The notes: generated from the letters alone by a model not told the origin. A DNA stretch of 49,180 bases from an uncultured Alphaproteobacteria bacterium (GCA_937941575.1 CALDHH010000075.1:1-49180), one strand, 5' to 3'. Shown: positions 8,202 to 17,151, counted from the stretch's first letter. Program-made: numbers and translations.

Positions 8202-10016
8202 TTAAAGCCTGAAAGGGCGTCTATCTGAACCAAAGGTATTATATAAGTCTTTATCTGTTTGACTAATATTACTACCCGGTAAGATCGTAGATTTTATGAA
8301 TATAACAAGTTCGTTCTTGGCAATTCTATCACCCTTACTTTTGAAAAAGTTACCCAATACTGGTAAATCACCAATCACTGGAACACCCACTGTGTCAACT
8401 TCTGTACGATCTGTCATCAATCCGCCCATTACAATTACTTGACCTGATTGCATTTTTACAATTGAATCCATTTCTTGTACTGCAAGTTCAGGAATTAAGT
8501 TCTGAACTCCAGATAAAGCCGCAGCAGTCGCTGCAGGTAGAGCCGCAATTGTAATCGCAACACCTGGATCCGCAATACTACCAACTACTCTTGTAATTGT
8601 TGGTCTTAAGAACATTGAGATTTCATCAGTATCTGTATTAACAGATGGGATAACACTTAACAATATACCTTCTGGAACAGATTGCACATCACTATCAACT
8701 GTAATTGTTGTAGCACCAGTATCTTCATCTTCTTCAACATCAACATCAACATCAAAGAAAACTCGGTTTTCAACCACATTCAATATTGCAGCTTGGTTAT
8801 TTAATACTGTTATTCTTGGACTAGATAATGCTTTTACTGTACCAAATCTACTAATTGCACTTACCGCTGCTTGGATATCATTACCCGGATTAATTGCCGC
8901 AGTAAATACGTTACCAGGAGTTAATGTTGGAGAAAATACAGGTTGAGCCAAATCAACATCAAAGTTTAATAGGCCTGTTAAATTCATGGCACCACCACCA
9001 GCAGAACCCCAATCAATACCAGCAGCGAATTCATCCAAAAGACTTACTTCTAAAATCTTTGCCTCTACTAATACTTGTGTAGTTACAGCTTTTCTAAGTT
9101 TCTTTAGATATTCTTTTAAAATCTTATGCTGTCTTGCACTTGTGAATACAGATATTATTCCAGAGCTACGACTTACAGAGAATTGTGAAGCACCTGCACC
9201 AGCAGTGGCAGCAACGGCTGCAACTGGAGCTGCGCCAGCTTGTACTGTTAAACTTGGCGGAGCATTTGGATTACTTGCATCGCCACCCGCAGCAACTCTT
9301 GGTTGAGCAATCGGGTTAGCCAATGTTGCAAGAGATGTATAATTATCTGTTGATGCAAGAATTGATTCTAATGTCGCTTCTAATTCTGTCCAGAAATCTG
9401 TTTCCATTGATGTTTCAACACCAGATGCTGATCCAACATCGGCACCTTCACCAGATACAACTGATACATCGATACTAATTGAACTTTCTGTAGTTCTACT
9501 AACGTTCACGTAGTCAATTCTGTAATTTTTCATGAAAGGTCTATCAATTTCAACTCTCAAAAGACCATTCTTATAAGTATAACGCAGACCTGACATACTA
9601 CATATTCTATGAATAATTTCGTCAAAAGGTCTGTTTCTTGCTGTAAACACGATTGAACCTGAAATTTGTGGATCCAGTTCTAAATCGATTTCTGCTTGGT
9701 CAGCAAGTTCGAATAAAATATCTCTTAATGGTACAGTTTGGTTAACTGATATTGATACCAATGGCATGCTCTCAGTTTCTCCACCTGGCTCAACAACATG
9801 AGTTGCCAATTCTGGAATACCACTATCACTATCCTGAGGTAGATCTCTTGGAGCCATTGATCTTCTGTAATCAGAAGCATCTAACGATCCACTTCTATCA
9901 TGTTTCAACTGGCTTTCAACCATTTCACATGCATTCAAGAAAAACACTGAAGATACAATCACTGCAACCTTAGTAATTTTATTAACAATTTTGAAATTAT
10001 TAAATATATTTGTCAT
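8202..10016 (-). CDS. pilQ: Secretin (PilQ/MshL/GspD family), probable lipoprotein
   Basis: C-terminal secretin signature VPVIGDLPVLGNFFKSKGDRIAKNELVIFIKSTIL. N-terminal signal ends in a lipobox-like FLNAC. An Ala/Pro-rich linker (AAGGDASNPNAPPSLTVQAGAAPVAAVAATAGAGAS) separates the N domains. Confidence 0.9.
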   Translation of the reverse strand: MTNIFNNFKIVNKITKVAVIVSSVFFLNACEMVESQLKHDRSGSLDASDYRRSMAPRDLPQDSDSGIPELATHVVEPGGETESMPLVSISVNQTVPLRDILFELADQAEIDLELDPQISGSIVFTARNRPFDEIIHRICSMSGLRYTYKNGLLRVEIDRPFMKNYRIDYVNVSRTTESSISIDVSVVSGEGADVGSASGVETSMETDFWTELEATLESILASTDNYTSLATLANPIAQPRVAAGGDASNPNAPPSLTVQAGAAPVAAVAATAGAGASQFSVSRSSGIISVFTSARQHKILKEYLKKLRKAVTTQVLVEAKILEVSLLDEFAAGIDWGSAGGGAMNLTGLLNFDVDLAQPVFSPTLTPGNVFTAAINPGNDIQAAVSAISRFGTVKALSSPRITVLNNQAAILNVVENRVFFDVDVDVEEDEDTGATTITVDSDVQSVPEGILLSVIPSVNTDTDEISMFLRPTITRVVGSIADPGVAITIAALPAATAAALSGVQNLIPELAVQEMDSIVKMQSGQVIVMGGLMTDRTEVDTVGVPVIGDLPVLGNFFKSKGDRIAKNELVIFIKSTILPGSNISQTDKDLYNTFGSDRRPFRL

Positions 10017-10132
10017 TTAAACTAAACCCTTTTACTTCCCTAAAACCGATATTCAATATGATAAAGAATATATCACAATAAAAAAACCCTTTTTTTCTTT
10101 TTTCTTCAAATAGTTCTAATATTTCTTTAAAT

Positions 10133-11263
10133 CTATAAAGAAAGCCTCGATGTATCTATCTGTGGAAGCCCAGATGATGAGTCTTTGCCCCCTAATTCGT
10201 ATTGTTGTATTTTCATCTTCATATCTGATGAAATATCCGCTTCTACAATAGCTGTTTCACTAGTTATTGTATTTTCTGTGTATAATTTGAACAAAGATTG
10301 ATCAAAAGTTACCATTCCAAGAGCATTATTCTTTGCCATTACATCTGATATACCTTTGGTCTTTCCTTTTAATATTAATTCTTTTACTAATGCTTCGTTT
10401 AGCAACACCTCTAATGCCACAACTACTCCGCCACCTTTTTTAGCAACAAGCCTTTGAGATACGATTGATCTTAAATTCATTGATAAAGCAATTCTTATTT
10501 GCATTTGTCTTTCTTCTGGGAAGAAATTAATTATACGCTCAATTGCTTGCGATGCATTATTTGTATGGATTGTACTTAAGCATAAATGCCCAGTTTCTGC
10601 AGCACTTATTGCTTGCTCCATTACTTCTTCATCTCTTACTTCACCGACCAAGATAACATCTGGCTTTTGTCTTAATGCATTTTTTAATGCAACATTATAT
10701 GAAACGGTATCAATACCAACTTCACGTTGAGTAATAATACAGCCTTTATGAGCATGATAATATTCAACCGGATCTTCAATTGTTATGATATGACCAGAAC
10801 CCTTTGTATTACGGTAATCCATCATTGATGCCAAAGATGTTGATTTACCAGATGAAGTCACACCAGAAATTAAAATAAGGCCACGTTTTTCCATAGCCAG
10901 CATTTTGAAGACTTCAGGCAGGTTTAATTCTTCAAAACTAGGTATATCAGAAGTAATACGTCTGATAACCATTCCTGGATGTTGTCTTTGCTTTAAAACA
11001 TTTATACGAAATCTACCTTGTTGTCCCATATCTAATGCTAGATTCAATTCCATATTTGCATCAAATTCACGTCTTTGACGGCTGGTTAAAACTTCACTTA
11101 ACATCCCCTCAAGATCTTCAACTTCTAGTTTTTCATCTGTAATTGTGCTAAGTTTATTATCTTTACGAATTGTTGGTGGAACCCCTACTGTTAAGTATAA
11201 ATCAGTTGAGGACTGACTAACCATCTCATCCAGATATGTATATATTGCAATCCCACTACTCAA
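10133..11263 (-). CDS. pilU: PilU-like PilT-family hexameric ATPase
   Basis: Walker A GVTSSGKST, Asp box ITIEDPVEY, Walker B DVILVGEVRD and His box GHLCLSTIHT. N-terminus resembles PilU (DLYLTVGVPPTIR) and it lacks the AIRNLIRE motif. TTG start overlaps the pilT stop (TTGA). Confidence 0.85.
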   Translation of the reverse strand: MSSGIAIYTYLDEMVSQSSTDLYLTVGVPPTIRKDNKLSTITDEKLEVEDLEGMLSEVLTSRQRREFDANMELNLALDMGQQGRFRINVLKQRQHPGMVIRRITSDIPSFEELNLPEVFKMLAMEKRGLILISGVTSSGKSTSLASMMDYRNTKGSGHIITIEDPVEYYHAHKGCIITQREVGIDTVSYNVALKNALRQKPDVILVGEVRDEEVMEQAISAAETGHLCLSTIHTNNASQAIERIINFFPEERQMQIRIALSMNLRSIVSQRLVAKKGGGVVVALEVLLNEALVKELILKGKTKGISDVMAKNNALGMVTFDQSLFKLYTENTITSETAIVEADISSDMKMKIQQYELGGKDSSSGLPQIDTSRLSL

Positions 11264-12465
11264 AACGAATATCCTCCATCCATTTCTGAATCAACTTGAC
11301 TAGCCGGTATCTCTTGGACTGGGCTAGGATTATTTGGATTATGCTGAGGTGTAGCTTGCTTCTGTGCTGTCTCTGGCTTTCTCTCATCGCTATTTTCTTC
11401 ACCATGGCCATCATCAGATGCGATATCACCCATTTCATCAGCACCATCTTTCAATGCGTCTTGAGCAACTTCTTCTGAAATAAGATCAGCATCAAGTAAA
11501 TCATTTAAAGAATCTTCCATGGTCTGCATCCCGTATCTTGCACCGGTCTGAATCATTGAATAAACTTGGGCTAACTGATTTTCTCTAATCAAGTTACGAA
11601 CAGCATTTGTTCCAACCATGATCTCATGCGCGGCTACACGGCCACCAGTTTTTCTTTTTAATAGTTTCTGAGCAATTACACCCTGAACAGAACTTGATAA
11701 CATGGCCCGAACCATACCTTTTTCTGCAGCAGGGAAAACGTCAATAATACGGTCAATAGTCTTTGCAGCAGAACTTGAGTGAAGAGTTCCAAAAACCAAG
11801 TGACCTGTCTCAGCAGCAGTTAGAGCAAGTGATATTGTTTCATAATCACGCATCTCACCAACTAGAATAACATCTGGATCTTCACGCAAGGCACTTTTCA
11901 AAGCTTTAGAGAATGATTTGGTATCCGTACCGACTTCTCTGTGATTAACCAAGCTTTTATTTGATTGGTGATAAAATTCAACCGGATCTTCAATTGTTAG
12001 AATATGTTCATTTCTTGTATCATTAATATAATCGATCATTGATGCCAATGTAGTTGATTTACCACTACCCGTTGGACCAGTTACCAATACGATACCCTGT
12101 TTCACTTCCGATAAATGGCGCATAATCGGTGGAAGACCTAAATCTGCCATTTTGGGGATTTTAGTTGGAATCACACGAAATACTGCCGCGGCCCCCACTC
12201 TATTTGTAAAAGCATTCACACGAAAACGAGCATTCTCTCCAAATGAAATCGCAAAATCTATTTCTTGCTCTTTCTCATATTCGGCTCTTTGCTCATCGGT
12301 CATGATTGAATATAACATCGATTTAATACTATCGCTTGTTAACTCTTCTGACTTAATTTTACGAAGTTCACCATCTACTCTTATTATCGCGGGGTTTGAA
12401 CCACTCAAATGTAAATCTGATGCATCGTTTTTCATTGTAAACGAAAGTAATTGTGTAATATCCAA
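11260..12465 (-). CDS. pilT: PilT twitching-motility (retraction-type) ATPase with a ~60-aa acidic C-terminal extension
   Basis: Starts MDITQLLSF...ASDLHLS like canonical PilT. Walker A GPTGSGKST, LTIEDPVEF, DVILVGEMRD, GHLVFGTLHS and the PilT-specific AVRNLIRE are present. TTG start is preceded by a strong SD AGGGGGA. Residues ~341-401 are an extra low-complexity acidic/Pro tail. Confidence 0.92.
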   Translation of the reverse strand: MDITQLLSFTMKNDASDLHLSGSNPAIIRVDGELRKIKSEELTSDSIKSMLYSIMTDEQRAEYEKEQEIDFAISFGENARFRVNAFTNRVGAAAVFRVIPTKIPKMADLGLPPIMRHLSEVKQGIVLVTGPTGSGKSTTLASMIDYINDTRNEHILTIEDPVEFYHQSNKSLVNHREVGTDTKSFSKALKSALREDPDVILVGEMRDYETISLALTAAETGHLVFGTLHSSSAAKTIDRIIDVFPAAEKGMVRAMLSSSVQGVIAQKLLKRKTGGRVAAHEIMVGTNAVRNLIRENQLAQVYSMIQTGARYGMQTMEDSLNDLLDADLISEEVAQDALKDGADEMGDIASDDGHGEENSDERKPETAQKQATPQHNPNNPSPVQEIPASQVDSEMDGGYSF

Positions 12466-12603
12466 TCTTTTATCCCCCTTGAAAGATTTAGAAAATTTAT
12501 AGCTAAGCCTAAAAATAATCCATATAAGTTAATAAATTATTATCATATAAAAAAAACATTATAGCTATGTCTAAATAAACTATTTAAGCTTATTTTAAAT
12601 AAG

Positions 12604-13431
12604 CTACATTCCCATTTTGTAAAAAACTCCACCATCGAAGATTAAGCAAATTAAAAATGCCAATATCAAAGATGGCCCGAATGGAAATTCTTCTCTACCT
12701 GTAATTTTTTTCCAGAATAAAGATATAAAGATACCACTTAGACCAGAGATTAATAAGAACATCGGTGAAGATAAATTACCGATCCATAAACCAGCTACAA
12801 AGAAAAACTTAACATCACCAAGTCCCATTGGCTCTCGTTTCATTATCTTCATAAATATTGCTCTTAATAAAAATGATCCTATCCCGAAAGTTAGAGCACT
12901 TATTAGCGCGTATTTACCTGTATCTTTTAAATAATAAACAAATTCACCGCTATAACATGCTTCAATCAAGAGCATGATTAAACCCAATATAAATAAAGAT
13001 AAATTAAGTCTATTTGGTATAATTTGAAATTCAAAATCAATTGCAATTATTGCAACCATTATGAAAGACATTAAGAATAATGGGATTAATCTATAATCTA
13101 ATGGAAAGATAAGAAAGAATATAAGGCATAATAACGCAGTAGATAGTTCAATCACTGGGTATCTGATGCTAATTTTTTTCTTACAATATCTACATTTTCC
13201 GCCTGAGAATAACCAAGAGAACACTGGAAATAAATCCAATATACCCAGAACATGGTTACAACTTGGGCAATGCGAACGGCTTATTTTTTCTTTATCTAGC
13301 TTCTTCTTTGGAGATATCATAGATATTCCCCTTGGCATGCGATAGCTAAGCGCTGTCGCGAAGCTACCTAAACACATACCAATTACGAATACCGTTATTA
13401 CTTCTAACGCAAAGATAATTTCTGAATACAT
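12604..13431 (-). CDS. pilD: Prepilin peptidase / N-methyltransferase (A24 family)
   Basis: Cytoplasmic CPSC...CRYC tetracysteine motif, multiple TM helices, and catalytic Asp motifs IAIDFEFQIIPN and MGLGDVKFF. Confidence 0.92.
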   Translation of the reverse strand: MYSEIIFALEVITVFVIGMCLGSFATALSYRMPRGISMISPKKKLDKEKISRSHCPSCNHVLGILDLFPVFSWLFSGGKCRYCKKKISIRYPVIELSTALLCLIFFLIFPLDYRLIPLFLMSFIMVAIIAIDFEFQIIPNRLNLSLFILGLIMLLIEACYSGEFVYYLKDTGKYALISALTFGIGSFLLRAIFMKIMKREPMGLGDVKFFFVAGLWIGNLSSPMFLLISGLSGIFISLFWKKITGREEFPFGPSLILAFLICLIFDGGVFYKMGM

Positions 13432-13455
13432 TTATAGTTATTTCCAAAAATTATA

Positions 13456-15015
13456 CTATTGAATAGCAATAAGGCGTTTTTTAATCTGTTTCACTGGAAT
13501 TACACCTTTGTAATCGCCTGCGTAATACAGATTTAAAGCTTCTCTATAAAGATGAGCAGCTGAACTCTTTTTGCCCATACGATCATAGATAACAGCTCTA
13601 TTAAATATATATCCAACATTCTTATCATCTAAGCTAGATGCAATATTTAGATATTTTATCGCTTTACCATACTCATTTAAATCACCATATGCGCTCCCCA
13701 ATTGACCAGCAACTCCGGCATTACCTGGGTAAGAGCCTCTTAATTGTTGTAATTTATCCGCTGCAAATCTTGGAGATTCTTTTCTTAGAACACCCAACAT
13801 ATTTGTTAGAGCATCAAGATTTTTTGGATCTCTTTTTAAAGTTTTCTCATATGTTTTTAAAGCTGAAGCTGTATCACCACTTCTTTGATAAGCAATAGCA
13901 AGACCCATAAGAACTCTTGAATCTTTTGGTTTATCTGATCTTAAATCTTGGAACATTTCCAATGCAGTTGCGTATCTTCCTTCTGATAAAGCACGTCTTG
14001 CCGCAGATAGTCTTGCATCAACGCTATTTGACCCTCTACTTCTTTTTAATACAAAATATTTAGGATTTAAGTCACGAATTACAGCCGGCTTTTCTAATTC
14101 ATTTAAAGTACTGCTTCTATTTGGACCTTGACCAAGTGGTGCGATCGGGGCATCGCCATCAATAACACCTAATGTTTGTGCTTGTTCTAAAGATTCTGCT
14201 GGCGGTGCCATTTCTTTTAAAGTATCAGTATTCGCAATTAATGCTTTCTCTGCATCAGTTGGCTCTGTAATATTTTCAATTGCTTCCATTGGTATATCTT
14301 GCACAACATCAATATTCTCAACTGGTATTCCACCCATCATTTGATTAGGGTCCATAGCCATTTGCTCTAAACCAGCATCCATTGACATCATTTGATCTGG
14401 CACAGGAATTCCCTCTGGCATATTCTTTATATCTGTTATTTCTCCATCAGCAAATTCCGATAGCTCTGACATTGCATCAGAGGTCTTTTCTTCTGCACCA
14501 GACAATATTTGGCCTGTTGTATCTGCTAATTTTTGAGCACTACCTTCTGTAATTTCAACGATATCTCCAGTTGTCTCGTTAATTGATGAAATAGTACCAT
14601 CAAGCTCGGTAGTAAATTCACCACTATCCAAAGCAGAGACAGTTTCTTCTATCACACCATCTTCTGCAGGAATCGGTGGGAAATCAACATCTGATATTTC
14701 ATTTAAATCACCTAGACCTGATAAATCTGAATCTACTGCAACATTATCCATGCCAGTATTCATTGGATCAATTTGATTATCCATTCCTGTGTTCATTGGA
14801 TCCATATTACCTTGGGCAACTATTCCATTATTTGGAGCAGGTTTATCACCAGATGTAAAAAAGTAATATGCGCCACCAAGTGCCAGAGCCAAAGATACAA
14901 AGCCACCTAATACTAAGGCTTTCTTCTTTCCTTTTCCGCCTGATCTTTCTCCATCAAACTCAATTTCGTCACCAAGGTTAAAATCAACTTCTTCTGTCAT
15001 GTTATCGTCACTCAT
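13456..15015 (-). CDS. TM-anchored acidic-linker plus TPR protein (MshN/PilF-like pilus assembly factor)
   Basis: KGKKK followed by a TM (ALVLGGFVSLALALGGAYYFF), then a ~270-aa highly acidic region with a DPMNTGMDN tandem repeat. The C-terminal ~190 aa have TPR-like periodicity (GRYATALEMFQDL, GDTASALKTYEKTLKRDPKN, YGKAIKYLNIASSLD). Confidence 0.7.
   Translation of the reverse strand: MSDDNMTEEVDFNLGDEIEFDGERSGGKGKKKALVLGGFVSLALALGGAYYFFTSGDKPAPNNGIVAQGNMDPMNTGMDNQIDPMNTGMDNVAVDSDLSGLGDLNEISDVDFPPIPAEDGVIEETVSALDSGEFTTELDGTISSINETTGDIVEITEGSAQKLADTTGQILSGAEEKTSDAMSELSEFADGEITDIKNMPEGIPVPDQMMSMDAGLEQMAMDPNQMMGGIPVENIDVVQDIPMEAIENITEPTDAEKALIANTDTLKEMAPPAESLEQAQTLGVIDGDAPIAPLGQGPNRSSTLNELEKPAVIRDLNPKYFVLKRSRGSNSVDARLSAARRALSEGRYATALEMFQDLRSDKPKDSRVLMGLAIAYQRSGDTASALKTYEKTLKRDPKNLDALTNMLGVLRKESPRFAADKLQQLRGSYPGNAGVAGQLGSAYGDLNEYGKAIKYLNIASSLDDKNVGYIFNRAVIYDRMGKKSSAAHLYREALNLYYAGDYKGVIPVKQIKKRLIAIQ
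14743..14802 (-). repeat. Tandem 33-nt coding repeat (2 copies) inside the TPR-protein gene
   Basis: attatccatgccagtattcattggatc (14743-14769) vs attatccattcctgtgttcattggatc (14776-14802). They encode DPMNTGMDN twice. Confidence 0.8.
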
Positions 15016-15048
15016 TTTACTTTTCTTTCAATAAATATATTTATAAAT

Positions 15049-15786
15049 TTATGCTGCTTTTTGACTATCTATAGTCTCCAAGAACGCTCTCTCAAGATAT
15101 TCCTGCCCTGATTGCTTCTTTAACTCTGCTGGAGTTCCAACAAATAAAAGATCGCCGCCATGAATTACACTTACTCTGTCACAAATTTCATCCATATCCG
15201 CTAAAATATGTGAGCTCATAAACACTGTGATACCTTCTTTTTTACATTTCAATATCTCATCTTTAACATTTGCTCTAGCTCTTGGATCTAGACCACTCAT
15301 CGGCTCATCTAAAATCAGCAAAGGACATTTTGTTAATAGAGTTCCTAATAATCCAACTTTTTGGCGCATACCTTTTGAGTAAGTATTTACTCTGCGTCTT
15401 AAAGCTTTCTCATCTAAAGATACTCTTTCTGCAGCTTCAATAATCTCTTTTTCATCAATCTCTCTATTATATAACTTTAACGAGAATTTAATGAACTCTA
15501 TACCAGATAAAAAATTTGGTGGCTCAAAACGCTCTGGTAAGTAAGCAAGTTTCTCTTTGCTAGATTTATCCAAATCATTGCCACCGAAAAACTTAATTGA
15601 TCCAGAGCTTGAAGCCATTAAGCCAAGCAATACTTTAATAAATGTTGTTTTACCAACACCGTTAAGCCCCATAAGCCCAAAAATCTCTCCTGCACCTACT
15701 TCAAAATTAATGTCTCTTATTACGTCATCACCGCCGTAATTCGCAGCAATATCCTTTACTAATAAAACACTATCTTTTTTAACCAT
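15049..15786 (-). CDS. ABC transporter ATP-binding protein (ABC-2/DrrA-like single NBD)
   Basis: Walker A GLNGVGKTT, signature-like YSKGMRQKVGL, Walker B LLILDEPMSGLD and H-loop SSHIL. 245 aa with no fused TM domain. Confidence 0.9.
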   Translation of the reverse strand: MVKKDSVLLVKDIAANYGGDDVIRDINFEVGAGEIFGLMGLNGVGKTTFIKVLLGLMASSSGSIKFFGGNDLDKSSKEKLAYLPERFEPPNFLSGIEFIKFSLKLYNREIDEKEIIEAAERVSLDEKALRRRVNTYSKGMRQKVGLLGTLLTKCPLLILDEPMSGLDPRARANVKDEILKCKKEGITVFMSSHILADMDEICDRVSVIHGGDLLFVGTPAELKKQSGQEYLERAFLETIDSQKAA

Positions 15787-15815
15787 TATTTCTTTTCCTA
15801 ATTTTATATTATTAA

Positions 15816-16478
15816 TTAACCTGGCAGTAAAATACCACTTTGAATATCATATACTTGATGTGGTCTCATATTGATTGTGATAATTTTATTAAACACAGAA
15901 TCAAACCATTCCAAATATACACTATCTCTTTTTACATGTATTCCAACGATCTCTGGCAATAAATAACCTGGGGTTAGTCTTTTACCATTAATCCATACAA
16001 TCCAATTATTTGAAGAATTATAAAGCAATCCATCAACATCAATTATACGCTTAGGAGCTTCTTCACCTTCTCCACCAAGTGTCGCATCTTTACCAGATAA
16101 GGCTCTTTCTAATGTCAGAACCTCTAAAGGAGTTAAGAATAGAGATGAAGAGAAGCCTGGTGTATTATTCGTATAAATTCTTGCTTTAACCTCTGCCAAT
16201 AGTTTTGCAGCTGTTTCTTTTCTTTTTGCTTCTTTTTCTTCCGGTGTCTCTTCTGTTACAGATTCAGCAACCTCTACTGGTGCAGACTGCCCCGGAGGTA
16301 CAGATGGATCAATCATATCATCTGGGTTGGAAGCCTGCATATCCATTTGTTGCATCTGTTGTTCCATTTGCAATTGCTCAGCAGTTTGCGCATTAACCGA
16401 CTGATTTACAAATATGAAACATATTGTAAGCAGAGCTGCAAATCCTGATAATCTTTTAATTTTATTTAAAAATAACAT
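15816..16478 (-). CDS. Secreted PilP/MshK-like pilus alignment protein
   Basis: Signal peptide (ALLTICFIFVNQSVNA|QT), Q/M/E-rich linker and a C-terminal small beta domain (WIVWINGKRLTPGYLLPEIVGIHVKRDSVYLEW). The domain is reminiscent of PilP/MshK/GspC-HR, and the gene sits after the pilO-like gene. Confidence 0.55.
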   Translation of the reverse strand: MLFLNKIKRLSGFAALLTICFIFVNQSVNAQTAEQLQMEQQMQQMDMQASNPDDMIDPSVPPGQSAPVEVAESVTEETPEEKEAKRKETAAKLLAEVKARIYTNNTPGFSSSLFLTPLEVLTLERALSGKDATLGGEGEEAPKRIIDVDGLLYNSSNNWIVWINGKRLTPGYLLPEIVGIHVKRDSVYLEWFDSVFNKIITINMRPHQVYDIQSGILLPG

Positions 16479-16497
16479 TCTATTTAAACCTTATAAA

Positions 16498-17151
16498 CTA
16501 TTTAACAAAGCCAGATTGACCGTTTTTATCACCTGGTGTCGCCTGCAAACTTTGCCAATCGAAAACAAGTTTTCCCTCCATTATTGGCTCAGCTTCACCA
16601 TCTACAATCTTATTAAGAAGGTCATTATCAACTTTACCTACTTTTTCAAGCTTGAACATATGTATTCTTGTATGGCCAGGAAAAGATTTATCTATCCATT
16701 CAATAAATTGATAAATATCCGTGTCTAAAAATGCATTTAATCTGTTTAGCTCAATTCTACTATTGATTAACTTATATCCTGCAATTTTGGCATCTTTATT
16801 TTCAATTTCTTGTAGCGCACTAATTTTATATTCAAAACCTGATACTCCTGATGCACGTCTTATTTCTTCTAATACGTCACCCACCATAAATCTATCTTGA
16901 TTAATAAAGAAACCATCTTGTTCCATATTTTCAAAATCACCCAAGCTGGCTCTTAATGCTTTCAGTTCTTCCTTAATATTCAAAATTTTACTTCTAAATC
17001 CAGATATATCCGTTTTCAATGTGCTTAATTCTTTTTCTGTATCTTTTCTAAGTGGTTCAACCCATAAGAAGAAGGCACCTGCTAAGGATACAGCAATGAA
17101 TATTAATACCGATATAATAGCTAATCTTCGTACACCAATTAATTTTATCAT
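16498..17151 (-). CDS. PilO/GspM/MshJ-like bitopic inner-membrane protein
   Basis: Short N-terminus, one TM (LAIISVLIFIAVSLAGAFFLW), a coiled-coil (EKELSTLKTDISGFRSKILNIKEELKALR) and a ~100-aa periplasmic domain. ATGA overlap with the upstream gene. Confidence 0.65.
   Translation of the reverse strand: MIKLIGVRRLAIISVLIFIAVSLAGAFFLWVEPLRKDTEKELSTLKTDISGFRSKILNIKEELKALRASLGDFENMEQDGFFINQDRFMVGDVLEEIRRASGVSGFEYKISALQEIENKDAKIAGYKLINSRIELNRLNAFLDTDIYQFIEWIDKSFPGHTRIHMFKLEKVGKVDNDLLNKIVDGEAEPIMEGKLVFDWQSLQATPGDKNGQSGFVK

Noticed and set aside
8986-9306. 106-aa plus-strand ORF inside the secretin gene
   Set aside because: It is antisense to a well-supported secretin CDS. Its Ala/Pro-rich translation simply mirrors the Ala-rich linker of the secretin, and it has no SD.
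10080-10103. A7-CCC-T7-C-T6 homopolymer cluster between pilU and the secretin gene, considered as a terminator or phase-variation tract
   Set aside because: The only possible stem is all A-U with a 3-nt loop, which is too weak for a terminator. There is no evidence for slipped-strand variation from a single sequence, and the tracts are intergenic and short.
12152-12502. 116-aa plus-strand ORF antisense to pilT
   Set aside because: It is a shadow ORF opposite a highly conserved PilT coding frame, with low-complexity Ser/Ile-rich content.
16414-16728. 104-aa plus-strand ORF spanning the pilP-like/pilO-like junction
   Set aside because: It is antisense to two co-oriented pilus genes and has junk-like composition.
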